64,000 nt of DNA. It comes from Candidatus Uhrbacteria bacterium RIFCSPLOWO2_01_FULL_47_25 (GTDB lineage: Bacteria; Patescibacteriota; Patescibacteriia; GWA2-46-9). Positions within the stretch are counted from its first letter, which is position 1. Every line of letters begins with the position of its first letter. Position numbers and translations under genes: made by a program. Location of the stretch: NCBI GenBank assembly GCA_001791325.1, contig MGEK01000033.1:8370-72369 (forward strand). Reading direction: 5' to 3'. This document shows positions 1-9,756 of this stretch, in pieces. The notes under the pieces were generated by a model. It worked only from the letters and a program-made list of their open reading frames with translations. It did no database searches and was not told where the DNA came from.

Positions 1-1611
1 GCCTAAAAATATCATTTCTTCTTTTTCTCCAAAAGTGCGCGGGCCAAGTGAGCTCATACCGTATTCGGTAACCAACCGGCGGGCCAAGCGCGTCGCCTGC
101 TTCAAATCGTTTGCCGCACCGGTCGTCACTTCCCCAAAAATCTCTTTCTCTGTAGCATAACCACCAAGCATTACTGCCAAATCGTCAACAAACTCGGAGC
201 GTGAATGAAAATGTTTGTCCTGCTCCGGCAGTTTCAGAGTATAACCGGCGGCCTGACCGCGCGAGATTATTGAAACCTTGTGAACCGGATCGGAGTGTGG
301 CAAGGAATGAGCCACCAACGCGTGCCCGGCTTCATGATAGGCGGTGATGCGTTTTTCTTTTTCGCTCAAGATATGACTGCGCCGCTCTGGCCCCAGCATC
401 ACTTTTTCTACACTTTCAAAAAGCTCCTGTTGCTCAATATTACCCTTATTCCGCCGCACCGTCAAAATCGCTGCCTCATTAATTATATTAGCAAGATCCG
501 CCCCAGAAAAACCGGGCGTACGCTCGGCCACGCTACGCAAAGAAACATTTTTGGCCATGGGCTTATCCGTGGCATGAATCTTCAAAATTGCTTCGCGATC
601 ATTAATATCAGGTAAATCAATGGTCACCCGACGATCAAAGCGTCCCGGACGCAGTAACGCTGGGTCAAGAACATCCGGGCGATTGGTGGCGGCCACCACA
701 ATAACATTGGTATTCGGTTCAAAGCCGTCCATCTCAACTAATATCTGATTGAGGGTCTGCTCGCGCTCGTCGTGCGACCCTCCGAGCCCGGCGCCGCGCT
801 GTCGCCCAACGGCGTCAATCTCATCAATAAAAACTATACAAGGAGCTGTTTTCTTGGCACGGCGAAAAAGGTCTCTAACGCGGGAAGCTCCAACCCCAAC
901 AAACATTTCCACAAATTCCGAGCCGGAAATATGAAAAAATGGAACTCCCGCCTCGCCGGCGACAGCTCGCGCCATTAATGTTTTGCCCGTTCCTGGCGCG
1001 CCCAAAAGCAACACGCCCTTTGGGATTTTGGCGCCCACAGCCCGAAACTTGTCAGGAGTTTTTAAAAACTCCACCACTTCCATAAGCTCGGACTTGGCTT
1101 CCTTGGCACCGGCCACGGAAGAAAAATTAACCTGATCTTTGCGCTGGCTTGGATATTCGCGTGCTCCGCTTTGACCAAAAGTAAGAGCTCTGTTGTTCAT
1201 CCCCTGCACCTGCCGCATCATAAAATAAATCAAAAGGCCAAAAGCCAAAAGCGGCAGCAGAAAGGGTAGAATCGCTGAGAGCCAAAAAGCCCAACCGCTC
1301 TCGCTGGCCACCTCAATCGGAAGCTGTTTAATTATTTCCGGAGAGAGACCGTAATTTTTCAAAAGTGTTGGCAATGAATCGGTTGCTTCTTTGGTCACCA
1401 CTTCCTTTGTGCCGTCTTTCAGTGTAACGTTCACCGTAGTGTTATTGTTCACCACTATTTTATCGATTTTTCCTTGTTCAATATCCGCCACCAATGAATC
1501 TAATCCGACTGTTTTAATTGTTGAACGGGTAGTTGAATAAGTGCTAAACAATCCAATTAGCACGAAAAAAACCAGAATAATTAACAAAAATTTTCTTAGA
1601 AAATTGACCAT
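1..1611 (-). CDS. ftsH: ATP-dependent zinc metalloprotease FtsH (3' end beyond window edge)
   Basis: Not in ORF track because it runs off the edge. Manual minus-strand translation from ATG 1611 gives [16 protein letters not shown] (TM), Walker [11 protein letters not shown] and the zinc motif YHEAGHA. Confidence 0.95.
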   Translation of the reverse strand, partial: MVNFLRKFLLIILVFFVLIGLFSTYSTTRSTIKTVGLDSLVADIEQGKIDKIVVNNNTTVNVTLKDGTKEVVTKEATDSLPTLLKNYGLSPEIIKQLPIEVASESGWAFWLSAILPFLLPLLAFGLLIYFMMRQVQGMNNRALTFGQSGAREYPSQRKDQVNFSSVAGAKEAKSELMEVVEFLKTPDKFRAVGAKIPKGVLLLGAPGTGKTLMARAVAGEAGVPFFHISGSEFVEMFVGVGASRVRDLFRRAKKTAPCIVFIDEIDAVGRQRGAGLGGSHDEREQTLNQILVEMDGFEPNTNVIVVAATNRPDVLDPALLRPGRFDRRVTIDLPDINDREAILKIHATDKPMAKNVSLRSVAERTPGFSGADLANIINEAAILTVRRNKGNIEQQELFESVEKVMLGPERRSHILSEKEKRITAYHEAGHALVAHSLPHSDPVHKVSIISRGQAAGYTLKLPEQDKHFHSRSEFVDDLAVMLGGYATEKEIFGEVTTGAANDLKQATRLARRLVTEYGMSSLGPRTFGEKEEMIFLG

Positions 1612-1749
1612 AATGTGAAGGTATTATACCCCGTGGGAGGCTTGCCGTAAACCCCAAGTTATCCATCCCTGGCGGATGGCTTTGGGGTATTTCCCTTCGG
1701 GTTATTTATCCAACACCTTCCAGAATACCCCGTGGTGAAAGTGCGGGAT

Positions 1750-2985
1750 TTATTGCGTGGCGTCCTTGGATTGATCGGATGTTTCTGGCGCAAGCAACGA
1801 AGTTTCCTCTTTAATTGGAACAGCAATTACCTCAGCGCTGTCTGGCGATGAGATGGATGCCTGGGGGTCTGGAGCCGAGACATTGCCCTTTAATGCTTTC
1901 AAGGAAAGACCGAGTCGGTGCTCATTTGGTTTTAACGAAATAATCTTAAACTCAGCAATGTCTCCAACCTTGATGCCGCCAGTGATGTCGGCCGCTTCAA
2001 GCTCTGAGATATGAGCAAGGCCGTGAATGTCTGAATCAAGCTCCACAAAAAGACCAAAAGGGTTAATTTTCAACACTCGCCCTTTTACTACATCTCCAAT
2101 GTGATATTTTTCTTCAACCATCTTCCAGGGATCGAGTACTAGGCGCTTACGCGAAAGAAAAACTTTTGAACCATTAATATTAATTATCTCGGCTTTGACT
2201 ATGTCGCCAATCTTAACGACATCCGTTGGGTGATCAACACGCTGCCAGGCCAGTTCTGAAATATGAATAAGGCCAGTTAATCCTTCGTTAAACTCCATAA
2301 AGGCGCCGAAGTCAGTGATGGCGGTAATCGGCCCTTCATGAACCTCTCCAACACCATGAGAAGAAATACGGGATAGTTGTTCGTCTTCAACAATTTTCTT
2401 TTCCGAAAAAATTAACTTATCGTCATCAGGACTAACATCTAATACCTTAACTTTTAAATGCTGCCCAATATAGGCTTTTAGCTGGTCTTGAATTTTTGTT
2501 TTATCGCCGCCTGGCACCCGGGGATAATGTTCGGGGAGCAGTTGCGATACCGGTAAAAATCCAACGACGTGACCCATGCGCACGAGTAGCCCTCCTTTAT
2601 TTGCTTCAACAACCTCTACCTCCACCATAGAACTATCGTCCTTTAAAGTATTGATGTTATCCCACGACTTGCGCTGACCGGCGAACCTAAAAGACAGCTC
2701 AAGCTCTCCCAGCTCGTTTTCTAACTCTATAACAGTGGCTTCTGTCTCATCGCCAATCTTCAGATCGCCATACTCAGCGGACTCGTTATAAAGCTCGCGT
2801 CCCCTAACCACGCCAGAAGCATACCCCCCGATATCCAAATGCACCTCTGTCTTAGAAACGCTTAAGGCGCGTCCCTTGACTATATCCCCAACCTTAGGGA
2901 GGGTCAAAAACTGCTTATCTTCAAGCAGGCGCTGAAAGTCCGAAGCGGCTGATTTAGTTATTGGCTGTGCTAAAATTGCTTTCAT
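1750..2985 (-). CDS. rpsA: 30S ribosomal protein S1 (short form, about four S1 domains)
   Basis: Repeated S1 motifs (FGAFMEF..GLIHISEL, FGLFVEL..GLAHISEL). ATG at 2985 preferred over GTG 2994. Confidence 0.9.
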   Translation of the reverse strand: MKAILAQPITKSAASDFQRLLEDKQFLTLPKVGDIVKGRALSVSKTEVHLDIGGYASGVVRGRELYNESAEYGDLKIGDETEATVIELENELGELELSFRFAGQRKSWDNINTLKDDSSMVEVEVVEANKGGLLVRMGHVVGFLPVSQLLPEHYPRVPGGDKTKIQDQLKAYIGQHLKVKVLDVSPDDDKLIFSEKKIVEDEQLSRISSHGVGEVHEGPITAITDFGAFMEFNEGLTGLIHISELAWQRVDHPTDVVKIGDIVKAEIININGSKVFLSRKRLVLDPWKMVEEKYHIGDVVKGRVLKINPFGLFVELDSDIHGLAHISELEAADITGGIKVGDIAEFKIISLKPNEHRLGLSLKALKGNVSAPDPQASISSPDSAEVIAVPIKEETSLLAPETSDQSKDATQ

Positions 2986-3024
2986 AGTTCCCACAGTATA
3001 AGCAAGATGAGTCTTCTTGGCAAG

Positions 3025-3230
3025 CCCCGCACCTTTTGACGTTGCTCACCACAGTTGTTTTAGGAACATCAGGTTCAGCTGCCAACAATATCTAATTTCT
3101 CTAATCATTCCTAGATATGGCCGTTCGCAAAAACATCGTGCATGGCTGGGCTTAACGTATTCTGGCCTTTGGCGCTATCTCTCTGTATTTATACAACCAC
3201 GCTCGAACCCTAACGTCGAAGGGTGCGGGG
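3025..3230. mobile_element. 206-bp MITE-like element, CCCCGCACC family, 4-bp TSD CAAG
   Basis: Left end CCCCGCACCTTTTGACGTT and right end AACGTCGAAGGGTGCGGGG (17/19 inverted match). CAAG at 3021-3024 and 3231-3234. Confidence 0.75.
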
Positions 3231-3330
3231 CAAGCCCCTCTTGCTTATGTATGGTAGAATATAATTAGGAGGCGTAAATTAGGCATTATTCATTATTCCC
3301 AATTCATAATTCTATATGCTATAAAATAGC

Positions 3331-5853
3331 ATGCCCCACCCAAGTCTAAAAAAAATTGCTTACAAACCATACTCTTCCGGACGACGTTCTTCTCTTCAAC
3401 CGCGCCGACCTAAAAAAAAATGGATTGGCCGGTTAATCGTTATTGGGCTGGCTCTCGCCACTCTGGGATTTACCAGCGGGCTCGCCGTCGTAGCCTGGTA
3501 CTCACGTGATCTGCCCGACCCGTCTAATCTTTCCCGGCGTACCTCCCAAGAGAGCACAAAAATTTATGATCGCACCGGCCAAACTCTTCTTTATGAAATT
3601 TCCGGCGACCAAAAAAATACTCCGGTTAAGCTTGACGAACTGCCGCCGTTCATTAAGAACGCCTCTTTGGTGGCAGAAGACCGTGATTTTTATTCGCATC
3701 GTGGATTTGATATTAAGGGAATTGCCCGGGCGTTGTTTATTGACCTTATTAAGGGTGGCCGCCTACAGGGTGGTTCCACGATTACTCAACAACTTGTAAA
3801 AAACACAATAGTTGGCGGCGAAAAAAGTTTTCGCCGCAAAATTCAAGAGTTGATTCTAGCTTACCGCATTGAACAGCGCTTCTCTAAAGAGAGAATCCTA
3901 GAAATGTACCTCAATGCCATCCCTTATGGCTCAACGGCCTATGGAATTGAGGCCGCCGCCGATCATTATTTTAAAAAATCGGCCAAAAATTTGAGTATCG
4001 CCGAGGCGGCGACACTGGCGGCCCTTCCCAAGGCGCCGTCATATCTTTCTCCTTACGGCAATCACCGCGACGAGCTCATTGCCCGCCAGCAATATATTAT
4101 CAAGGAGATGGTCAGCCTTGGCTATCTCTCTGAAGAAGAGGCTAAAAAAGCTAAAGAAGAGAAGCTTGAGTTTATTCCCCTAAAAGAAGGAATTATCGCC
4201 CCTCATTTTGTCTTCTATATTAAAGAACTCTTAAGCGCCCGCTATGGAGAAAGATTGGTTGAAACAGGGGGGCTCAAAATTATAACAACGCTTGACCTAT
4301 ATAAACAAAAAATCGCCGAGGAAGAGGTGGCTGCTGGCGCGGCCAAAAATGAAAAGCTTTATGGCGGCAAGAACGCCGCTCTGGTGGCAATTGATCCCAA
4401 AAATGGTCAGGTGCTCGCCATGGTTGGCTCGCGTGACTACTTTGCCGAAGAATATGATGGCAACGTCAATGTCGCCCTGCAACCGCGCCAACCCGGTTCT
4501 TCATTTAAACCAATAGTTTATGCGACGGCATTTATGAAGGGCTATACTCCCGAGACAATCCTTTATGACGTTGTGACCACGTTCAAAACCGATACCAAAG
4601 ACTACACCCCGCACAACTATGACGGCAAAGAACACGGTCCAGTAACCCTGCGTCAGGCCATGGCTGGTTCTCTTAACATCCCAGCAGTAAAAACTCTTTA
4701 TTTGACCGGGGTTAGCAATGTTTTAGATTTAGCAGAACGATTGGGCTACACTTCATTCCGAGACCGCAGCCGATTTGGGCTATCGCTGGTGCTTGGCGGC
4801 GGCGAGGTAAAATTACTGGAACACACCGCCGCTTATCAAGCCTTTGCCCGCGATGGTATATATCATCCCCTCGCGGCGATATTGCGAATTGAAGACGCGC
4901 GCGGACAAATACTTGAATCGTTTGAAAGCAGCGAACAGTCTGTTTTGCCACAAAATGTCGCTCGTCAAATTACCAGTATTTTATCAGACAACGCCGCTCG
5001 ATCTTTTGTTTTTGGCGCGAACAGCCCCCTCACCCTGGGGGAAAGACCGGTGGCGGCCAAAACCGGAACCACTAATGACTGGCGCGATGGCTGGACTATT
5101 GGTTTCACGCCCTCACTTGTCGTCGGTGTTTGGGCGGGCAATAATGACAACAAGGCAATGAGCCGAGGGGCAGATGGAGTGTTGGTGGCGGCTCCAATTT
5201 GGAACGCTTTTATGAAACGTGTTCTTGGAGATACGCCCAAGGAAGTATTCCCGACGCCAGAGCCGGTAGTACCGGAAAAGCCCGTATTGCGCGGCGATGT
5301 TTCAATGGAAGAAAAAATAATTATTGATCGAGCCTCTGGCAAAAGGGCTACAGAGTTAACGCCGCCTACCTATCGCGAAGAAAAAATTTATAAGCAGATA
5401 CACGAAATCCTCTATTATGTGCGGCGAGACGATCCGCTTGGGCCGCCGCCAGAGCACCCCGAAGAAGACTTAAATTATTTAAATTGGGAGGTTGCCCTGG
5501 CGCGTTGGGCAAAAGAAAAAGGCCTTGAAGTGGGAGAAATGGCGCCCCAAGAGAATGACGACCTTCACACCATAGCCAACCGACCTCAATTAATAATTAA
5601 TACTCCAACTACCGGAGAAACTGTGCGCGGACAATCCTTGATAATTAACATTGCTGCTTCGGCTCCACGCGGCATAAATGGTGTTCGCTATTATCTTGAT
5701 GGTTCGCGCGTTGCTGAAACTACTGGTGTCGTAGAAAATTATTCAATCCCCTTGGAGAATGTATCCACGGGTTTCCACACCCTTAAGCTTGAGGTGTTTG
5801 ATGATATAGATAATACCCAAACCGAGGAGCGTTTATTTAACTATATTCCCTAA
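3331..5853 (+). CDS. Class A penicillin-binding protein (PBP1A family) with C-terminal Ig-like domain
   Basis: N-terminal TM, transglycosylase motifs EDRDFYSH and GGSTITQQLVKN, transpeptidase motifs SSFK, SLN and KTGTT. Confidence 0.93.
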   Translation: MPHPSLKKIAYKPYSSGRRSSLQPRRPKKKWIGRLIVIGLALATLGFTSGLAVVAWYSRDLPDPSNLSRRTSQESTKIYDRTGQTLLYEISGDQKNTPVKLDELPPFIKNASLVAEDRDFYSHRGFDIKGIARALFIDLIKGGRLQGGSTITQQLVKNTIVGGEKSFRRKIQELILAYRIEQRFSKERILEMYLNAIPYGSTAYGIEAAADHYFKKSAKNLSIAEAATLAALPKAPSYLSPYGNHRDELIARQQYIIKEMVSLGYLSEEEAKKAKEEKLEFIPLKEGIIAPHFVFYIKELLSARYGERLVETGGLKIITTLDLYKQKIAEEEVAAGAAKNEKLYGGKNAALVAIDPKNGQVLAMVGSRDYFAEEYDGNVNVALQPRQPGSSFKPIVYATAFMKGYTPETILYDVVTTFKTDTKDYTPHNYDGKEHGPVTLRQAMAGSLNIPAVKTLYLTGVSNVLDLAERLGYTSFRDRSRFGLSLVLGGGEVKLLEHTAAYQAFARDGIYHPLAAILRIEDARGQILESFESSEQSVLPQNVARQITSILSDNAARSFVFGANSPLTLGERPVAAKTGTTNDWRDGWTIGFTPSLVVGVWAGNNDNKAMSRGADGVLVAAPIWNAFMKRVLGDTPKEVFPTPEPVVPEKPVLRGDVSMEEKIIIDRASGKRATELTPPTYREEKIYKQIHEILYYVRRDDPLGPPPEHPEEDLNYLNWEVALARWAKEKGLEVGEMAPQENDDLHTIANRPQLIINTPTTGETVRGQSLIINIAASAPRGINGVRYYLDGSRVAETTGVVENYSIPLENVSTGFHTLKLEVFDDIDNTQTEERLFNYIP

Positions 5854-5856
5854 GGC

Positions 5857-6993
5857 CTAGAGTTGTTTTATTAACACGATAAGGTGCCGAAATTTAATTT
5901 CCCCCTCTTTCTCTTTGTTGGATTTTAGTAAAATGGGGCGATCGGCGCCGGTCATAAAAATTTTTACTATTTCTCCCGGCACGGCGGCTAGTCCTTCTAA
6001 GAAGTATTTAGCGTTGATTGTCATGGTAATTTTTTCTCCGCTAACCTTGGCTTCTACAACATTATGGTGCGCTCCTATGCCGGTGTTTTCTGAAAAAACT
6101 TCTAAATTATGATCAGGAGAGGCTGTTAGTGAAACATCAAAAATACCGGAACGAGAAAATAATGAAGCGGCCTTAACAGCCTTGGTTAATTCGTTTTTTC
6201 CAACTTCACATTGAGTAAGTGTTTTTTCCGGGAAAAGGGGCTGATAGTCCGGATAATCGCCGTCAATCAAGCGAGATATTATTTGGGTTGGTCCGATTGT
6301 TAAATTAACTTGATTCTCGGTCGCTTCTAAGTCAACTGTTTCGTTTGTTTGTTCTTCATCTTGGGTGAGAATGCGCCGTATTTCTTGGGCGGTTGTGAGT
6401 GGTATGATGAATTTAAACGATTTGTTTGGTTTATTAATAGAAACGGAGAGCTCAGAAAGGCGATAACCGTCGGTGGCGGCTATGATCAGTTGTTGTTTGT
6501 TCCCCTCATTAACAGTAAACAAAACCCCTCCAAATTGAGGTCTGTTGTCAACGCGGCCAATAGCGAAAATTGTTTTATTAAGGGCTTCTATTAATTGCGT
6601 GGTTTGTATGGTGATTTTGTTTGTTGAATTTTCAATAGTGGGAATGGTTGGAAACTCGGCGGTTGGGGCCGTGCGAAGGGTGGTGTTTATTTTTTCACCC
6701 GTTATTGTTAAATTGTTGTTGTTTGTGTTCAACTCTATGGTTCCATTTGGTAATAGTGGCGCTAATTCAAGCAATAGCTTGGCGGGGACAAGACATTCTC
6801 CTGTTTCCTCTGTTTTTCCTCCAATCTCGTGATGTATACCCGCTTCTAGGTTGGTGGTGGTAAGGGTTAATAGGTTTTTTTCTGTTTTTAATAATATGTT
6901 ATTCAAAATTGGTAAACTGGTGGTTTTTAGGGCCAGGTGTCCTATTGTATTAATTCCTTTTAATAAACTTTCTTTTGAACAAGAGAATTTCAT
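5857..6993 (-). CDS. dnaN: DNA polymerase III beta clamp
   Basis: 378 aa with LPILNNILL, ATDGYRL and RLIDGDYPDY motifs; directly downstream of dnaA. Confidence 0.96.
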   Translation of the reverse strand: MKFSCSKESLLKGINTIGHLALKTTSLPILNNILLKTEKNLLTLTTTNLEAGIHHEIGGKTEETGECLVPAKLLLELAPLLPNGTIELNTNNNNLTITGEKINTTLRTAPTAEFPTIPTIENSTNKITIQTTQLIEALNKTIFAIGRVDNRPQFGGVLFTVNEGNKQQLIIAATDGYRLSELSVSINKPNKSFKFIIPLTTAQEIRRILTQDEEQTNETVDLEATENQVNLTIGPTQIISRLIDGDYPDYQPLFPEKTLTQCEVGKNELTKAVKAASLFSRSGIFDVSLTASPDHNLEVFSENTGIGAHHNVVEAKVSGEKITMTINAKYFLEGLAAVPGEIVKIFMTGADRPILLKSNKEKEGEIKFRHLIVLIKQL

Positions 6994-7223
6994 ATAATAT
7001 ATAATATAATTTTATATATAATAGTGGTAGTGATAGTGGGGGTGTGTAAAAAGGATAATTTGTTTTAATGATTATTATTTAAAGAGATTTTTAAAAACTT
7101 TTTAAATAAGAGTGGGATATAATATTGAACTATGGGTGGATAAAAAAGGGAAAGAAAGCATTAATTGTTTTTTAACAAAGATTTATAAAGAAATCCGGAT
7201 AAAAATTGTTAACTTGTGTATAA
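6994..7223. other. Replication origin oriC (dnaA-dnaN intergenic) with basal unwinding motif
   Basis: Minus strand 7058->7021 reads TTATCCTTT-TTACACA-CCCC-CACTATCACTACCACTAT (tandem DnaA boxes, GC run, DnaA-trios), then an AT-only tract at 6994-7020. Further boxes are GGTGGATAA near 7135 and TGTGTATAA near 7215. Confidence 0.8.
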
Positions 7224-8561
7224 GCGTTGGCGTATAGCTAATACGTCTTGACGAATACGTTCATCGGTTTCAATAGCACCACGAATTTTTTCGTGCGCGT
7301 GCATAGCGGTGGTATGGTCGCGTCGTCCAATTTCTTGTCCAATAGTAGGGTAGGAAATTCGGCCATCCTCGCGCAGTAGGTACATAATAATTTGACGGGG
7401 AATAACCAACTCTCGTTTGCGGCTTTGGCCAATAATACCCTCAAGTGGCACCTCAAAATAACGGCAAACCATGTCAATTAAATGTTTCGGTGAAATTTGT
7501 CGTCGCGGCTGATCAGCCTCTCTAGAAGCAAACATTTTTTTAACCACATCAATAGAGGGCACGTTGCTGTGGAATTGCCACTCAGCAACGATACGGTTAA
7601 GGGCCCCCTCTAGCTCGCGGATATTATGCTGGAAGGTTGTGGCTAAATAATGAATAACCTCACGTTCTAACTCAATGCGACGATCTCGACACTTGGTTTG
7701 AAGAATGGCGATTCTAGTTTCCATGTCCGGTTGTGAAATATCGGCCAGCATTCCCCATTCAAATCGCGAAAGCAGTCGTTGCTCAAGGCCGGGGATGGCT
7801 TTGGGTGGCCGGTCTGAAGTTAAAACTATTTGTTTATTATTTTGATGAAGAGTGTTAAAGGTGTGGAAGAACTCTTCCTGTGTCCCCTCTTTTCCGGCAA
7901 TGAATTGAATATCATCAATCAGTAATAGATCAACCGAACGGTACTGATCCTTAAATTCTTTACCATGGCCGGTTCGCACAGATTGTATATAATCAGTGGT
8001 AAAGCGTTCACTGCTTACGTATAAAATTTTTAACCCTCGTCCCATTGATTTTAACCCAATGGCTTGTAAAAGGTGGGTTTTTCCAAGCCCCACGCCACCG
8101 TATATGAATAATGGATTGTAGGTTTGTCCAGGAGTAGTCGCTACAGCTAGGGCGGCGGCATGTGCCAGCTCATTACCCTTCCCAACAACAAAGCCCTCAA
8201 AAGTATAGCGCGAATTAAGACCGCCGCGGTTGGCGGGCGCGTCTTTTGGCGCATCAATAACAGGGGGTACCCCCAACGGCGGTGGCTGGTGTTCTGACTC
8301 AAAACCTACTGGCTTCTGACTGACTTTATAAATTACTTCACCAATGTTTTCTTGAAGAATGCTTTGAATAGCCTTAAGGATAGCCGAGTGGTATTTCTTT
8401 TCTAACCATGTTTTTGTAAAGGTGTTGGGCACACCGATAACCACTCTTCCGTCGTTAACATCAATAACGTAGGTGTTTTTAAACCAAGTTGTAAAATTTG
8501 CCCGGCTTAATATAAGTTCCAATTCTCCAAGAACGGCACGCCAAAGCTGCTGGTTGGTCAT
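7209..8561 (-). CDS. dnaA: Chromosomal replication initiator DnaA
   Basis: YNPLFIYGGVGLGKTHLL, LLLIDDIQF, NIRELEGAL and RDHTT motifs. Confidence 0.98.
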   Translation of the reverse strand: MTNQQLWRAVLGELELILSRANFTTWFKNTYVIDVNDGRVVIGVPNTFTKTWLEKKYHSAILKAIQSILQENIGEVIYKVSQKPVGFESEHQPPPLGVPPVIDAPKDAPANRGGLNSRYTFEGFVVGKGNELAHAAALAVATTPGQTYNPLFIYGGVGLGKTHLLQAIGLKSMGRGLKILYVSSERFTTDYIQSVRTGHGKEFKDQYRSVDLLLIDDIQFIAGKEGTQEEFFHTFNTLHQNNKQIVLTSDRPPKAIPGLEQRLLSRFEWGMLADISQPDMETRIAILQTKCRDRRIELEREVIHYLATTFQHNIRELEGALNRIVAEWQFHSNVPSIDVVKKMFASREADQPRRQISPKHLIDMVCRYFEVPLEGIIGQSRKRELVIPRQIIMYLLREDGRISYPTIGQEIGRRDHTTAMHAHEKIRGAIETDERIRQDVLAIRQRLYTS

Positions 8562-8677
8562 AAATGCTAAATAATTAATTTAAATATCCCTATCAAGCCA
8601 AGGGGTCCAGTAAATATAAAGCACTTCATAATATAGCATAATAATTTTTTTGTCCAAAGGGCTGCTTGAACATAGTC

Positions 8678-8722
8678 TATGTTCATAAACTGTGGAGGAA
8701 TTGTGTACAATGGTTCATAACA
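8678..8722. promoter_or_regulatory. Cluster of degenerate DnaA boxes upstream of dnaA
   Basis: TGTTCATAA, TGTGGAGGA, TGTGTACAA and GGTTCATAA, each about 1-2 mismatches from TGTGNATAA. Confidence 0.5.
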
Positions 8723-8782
8723 ACAACAATCACTTTTGCCCTTTACGGTAAATTTTTAATAAGGTATAGTATTGGGCAAACA

Positions 8783-8898
8783 CTAATTCCTAAACAAATC
8801 CTAATATCTAAACAGTGAAATCACAGATAGCAAGTTTGGAAAATTGTGATTTAGGGCTTAGTAATTGTTTAGAGATTTGATATTAGAGATTAGAAATT
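8783..8898. repeat. AT-rich heptamer-periodic imperfect inverted repeat, copy 1
   Basis: A/C-rich left arm (CCTAAACAAATCCTAATATCTAAA) and G/T-rich right arm (ATTGTTTAGAGATTTGATATTAGAGATTAGAAATT); homologous to 11532-11668. Confidence 0.6.
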
Positions 8899-8913
8899 AA
8901 TAATTAAGGTATG

Positions 8914-9013
8914 CCCCGTTAGAAGTCTAACTTAGCAACATTATCAATCTTTCAACCATGATACAATTCATCAACCAATTAAATACTATAATTACCCAGG
9001 ATTTCTAACGGGG
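8914..9013 (+). mobile_element. 100-bp MITE-like element, CCCCGTTAGAA family, TSD TATG, on the rpmH start codon
   Basis: TIR CCCCGTTAGAA/TTCTAACGGGG; TATG at 8910-8913 and 9014-9017; interior homologous to 20382 and 34802 copies. Confidence 0.8.
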
Positions 9014-9014
9014 T

Positions 9015-9155
9015 ATGCCCAAACGCACGTATCAACCCAAAAAACATTACCGAAAAAGGGTACACGGCTGGCGAATTCGCCGTCGTAGCGCTGGCGGGCG
9101 TCGCGTTTTAAAGAATCGTCAGCAAAAAGGGCGTAAGCGCATCACTCCATCATAG
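9015..9155 (+). CDS. rpmH: 50S ribosomal protein L34
   Basis: Below the ORF-track cutoff. Translation [46 protein letters not shown]; canonical position before rnpA. Confidence 0.95.
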   Translation: MPKRTYQPKKHYRKRVHGWRIRRRSAGGRRVLKNRQQKGRKRITPS

Positions 9156-9165
9156 CGGCGGATTC

Positions 9166-9501
9166 ATGTTTCCACAAGAACGCCGACTTGGGCGCCGTAA
9201 GGATATCAGTTTAGTGTTGCGCCGGGGCCGCCAGATTAATATCCCGGGACTAACATTAAGATTTCGCCGCACCAATAACACTCTCCCGCGGTGTACGGTC
9301 GTTGTGGGGACGGTTGTTTCTAAAAAGGCGGTCATAAGGAATCGCCTAAAAAGGCAAATGCGGCATCTCTTGGCGGCAGAAATAAAATCTCTAAATTATG
9401 GAGTTGATATAATGTTAACTATTAGGCCGCCATTGTTAAGTAAAACTAAAAAAGAACGTCTAGTAATTCTCAAAGAAGCGCTTCGTCGAGCGCGCTTTTA
9501 A
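9166..9501 (+). CDS. rnpA: Ribonuclease P protein component
   Basis: [15 protein letters not shown] (RNR motif) and synteny. Confidence 0.93.
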   Translation: MFPQERRLGRRKDISLVLRRGRQINIPGLTLRFRRTNNTLPRCTVVVGTVVSKKAVIRNRLKRQMRHLLAAEIKSLNYGVDIMLTIRPPLLSKTKKERLVILKEALRRARF

Positions 9502-9506
9502 ATTTT

Positions 9507-9743
9507 ATGAGACCCTTAATTGGTTATTTAATCCATTTTTATCAGAGGACATTTTCACCAGACCACGGGTTCCTTAGAGTTTTTTTCCCTAATGGTTATT
9601 GCCGATATTATCCAACCTGCTCTGAATACGCGAGTCAGGCCATCAAAAAACACGGGCCTTACGGCTTATGGCTTACGGCTATTCGGCTTTCCCGGTGTCA
9701 CCCCTGGAGCGCTGGCGGCGTTGATCACGTGCCGGTTAACTAG
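9507..9743 (+). CDS. yidD: Membrane protein insertion efficiency factor YidD
   Basis: [11 protein letters not shown] and RCHPW motifs. Confidence 0.93.
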   Translation: MRPLIGYLIHFYQRTFSPDHGFLRVFFPNGYCRYYPTCSEYASQAIKKHGPYGLWLTAIRLSRCHPWSAGGVDHVPVN

Positions 9744-9756
9744 CCAATCGACTGCT

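Noticed and set aside
280-978. Plus-strand ORFs 280-615, 749-934 and 772-978
   Set aside because: Antisense shadows of ftsH.
1629-1748. Possible eighth CCCCG element between ftsH and rpsA
   Set aside because: A right-end-like AAAGTGCGGGA and hairpins are present, but the left end (CCCCGTGG) does not match and flanks differ (TATA/TTTA). At best a relic.
3017-3268. 83-aa ORF across the 3025 element
   Set aside because: TTG start, no recognisable motif, and it simply spans the repeat.
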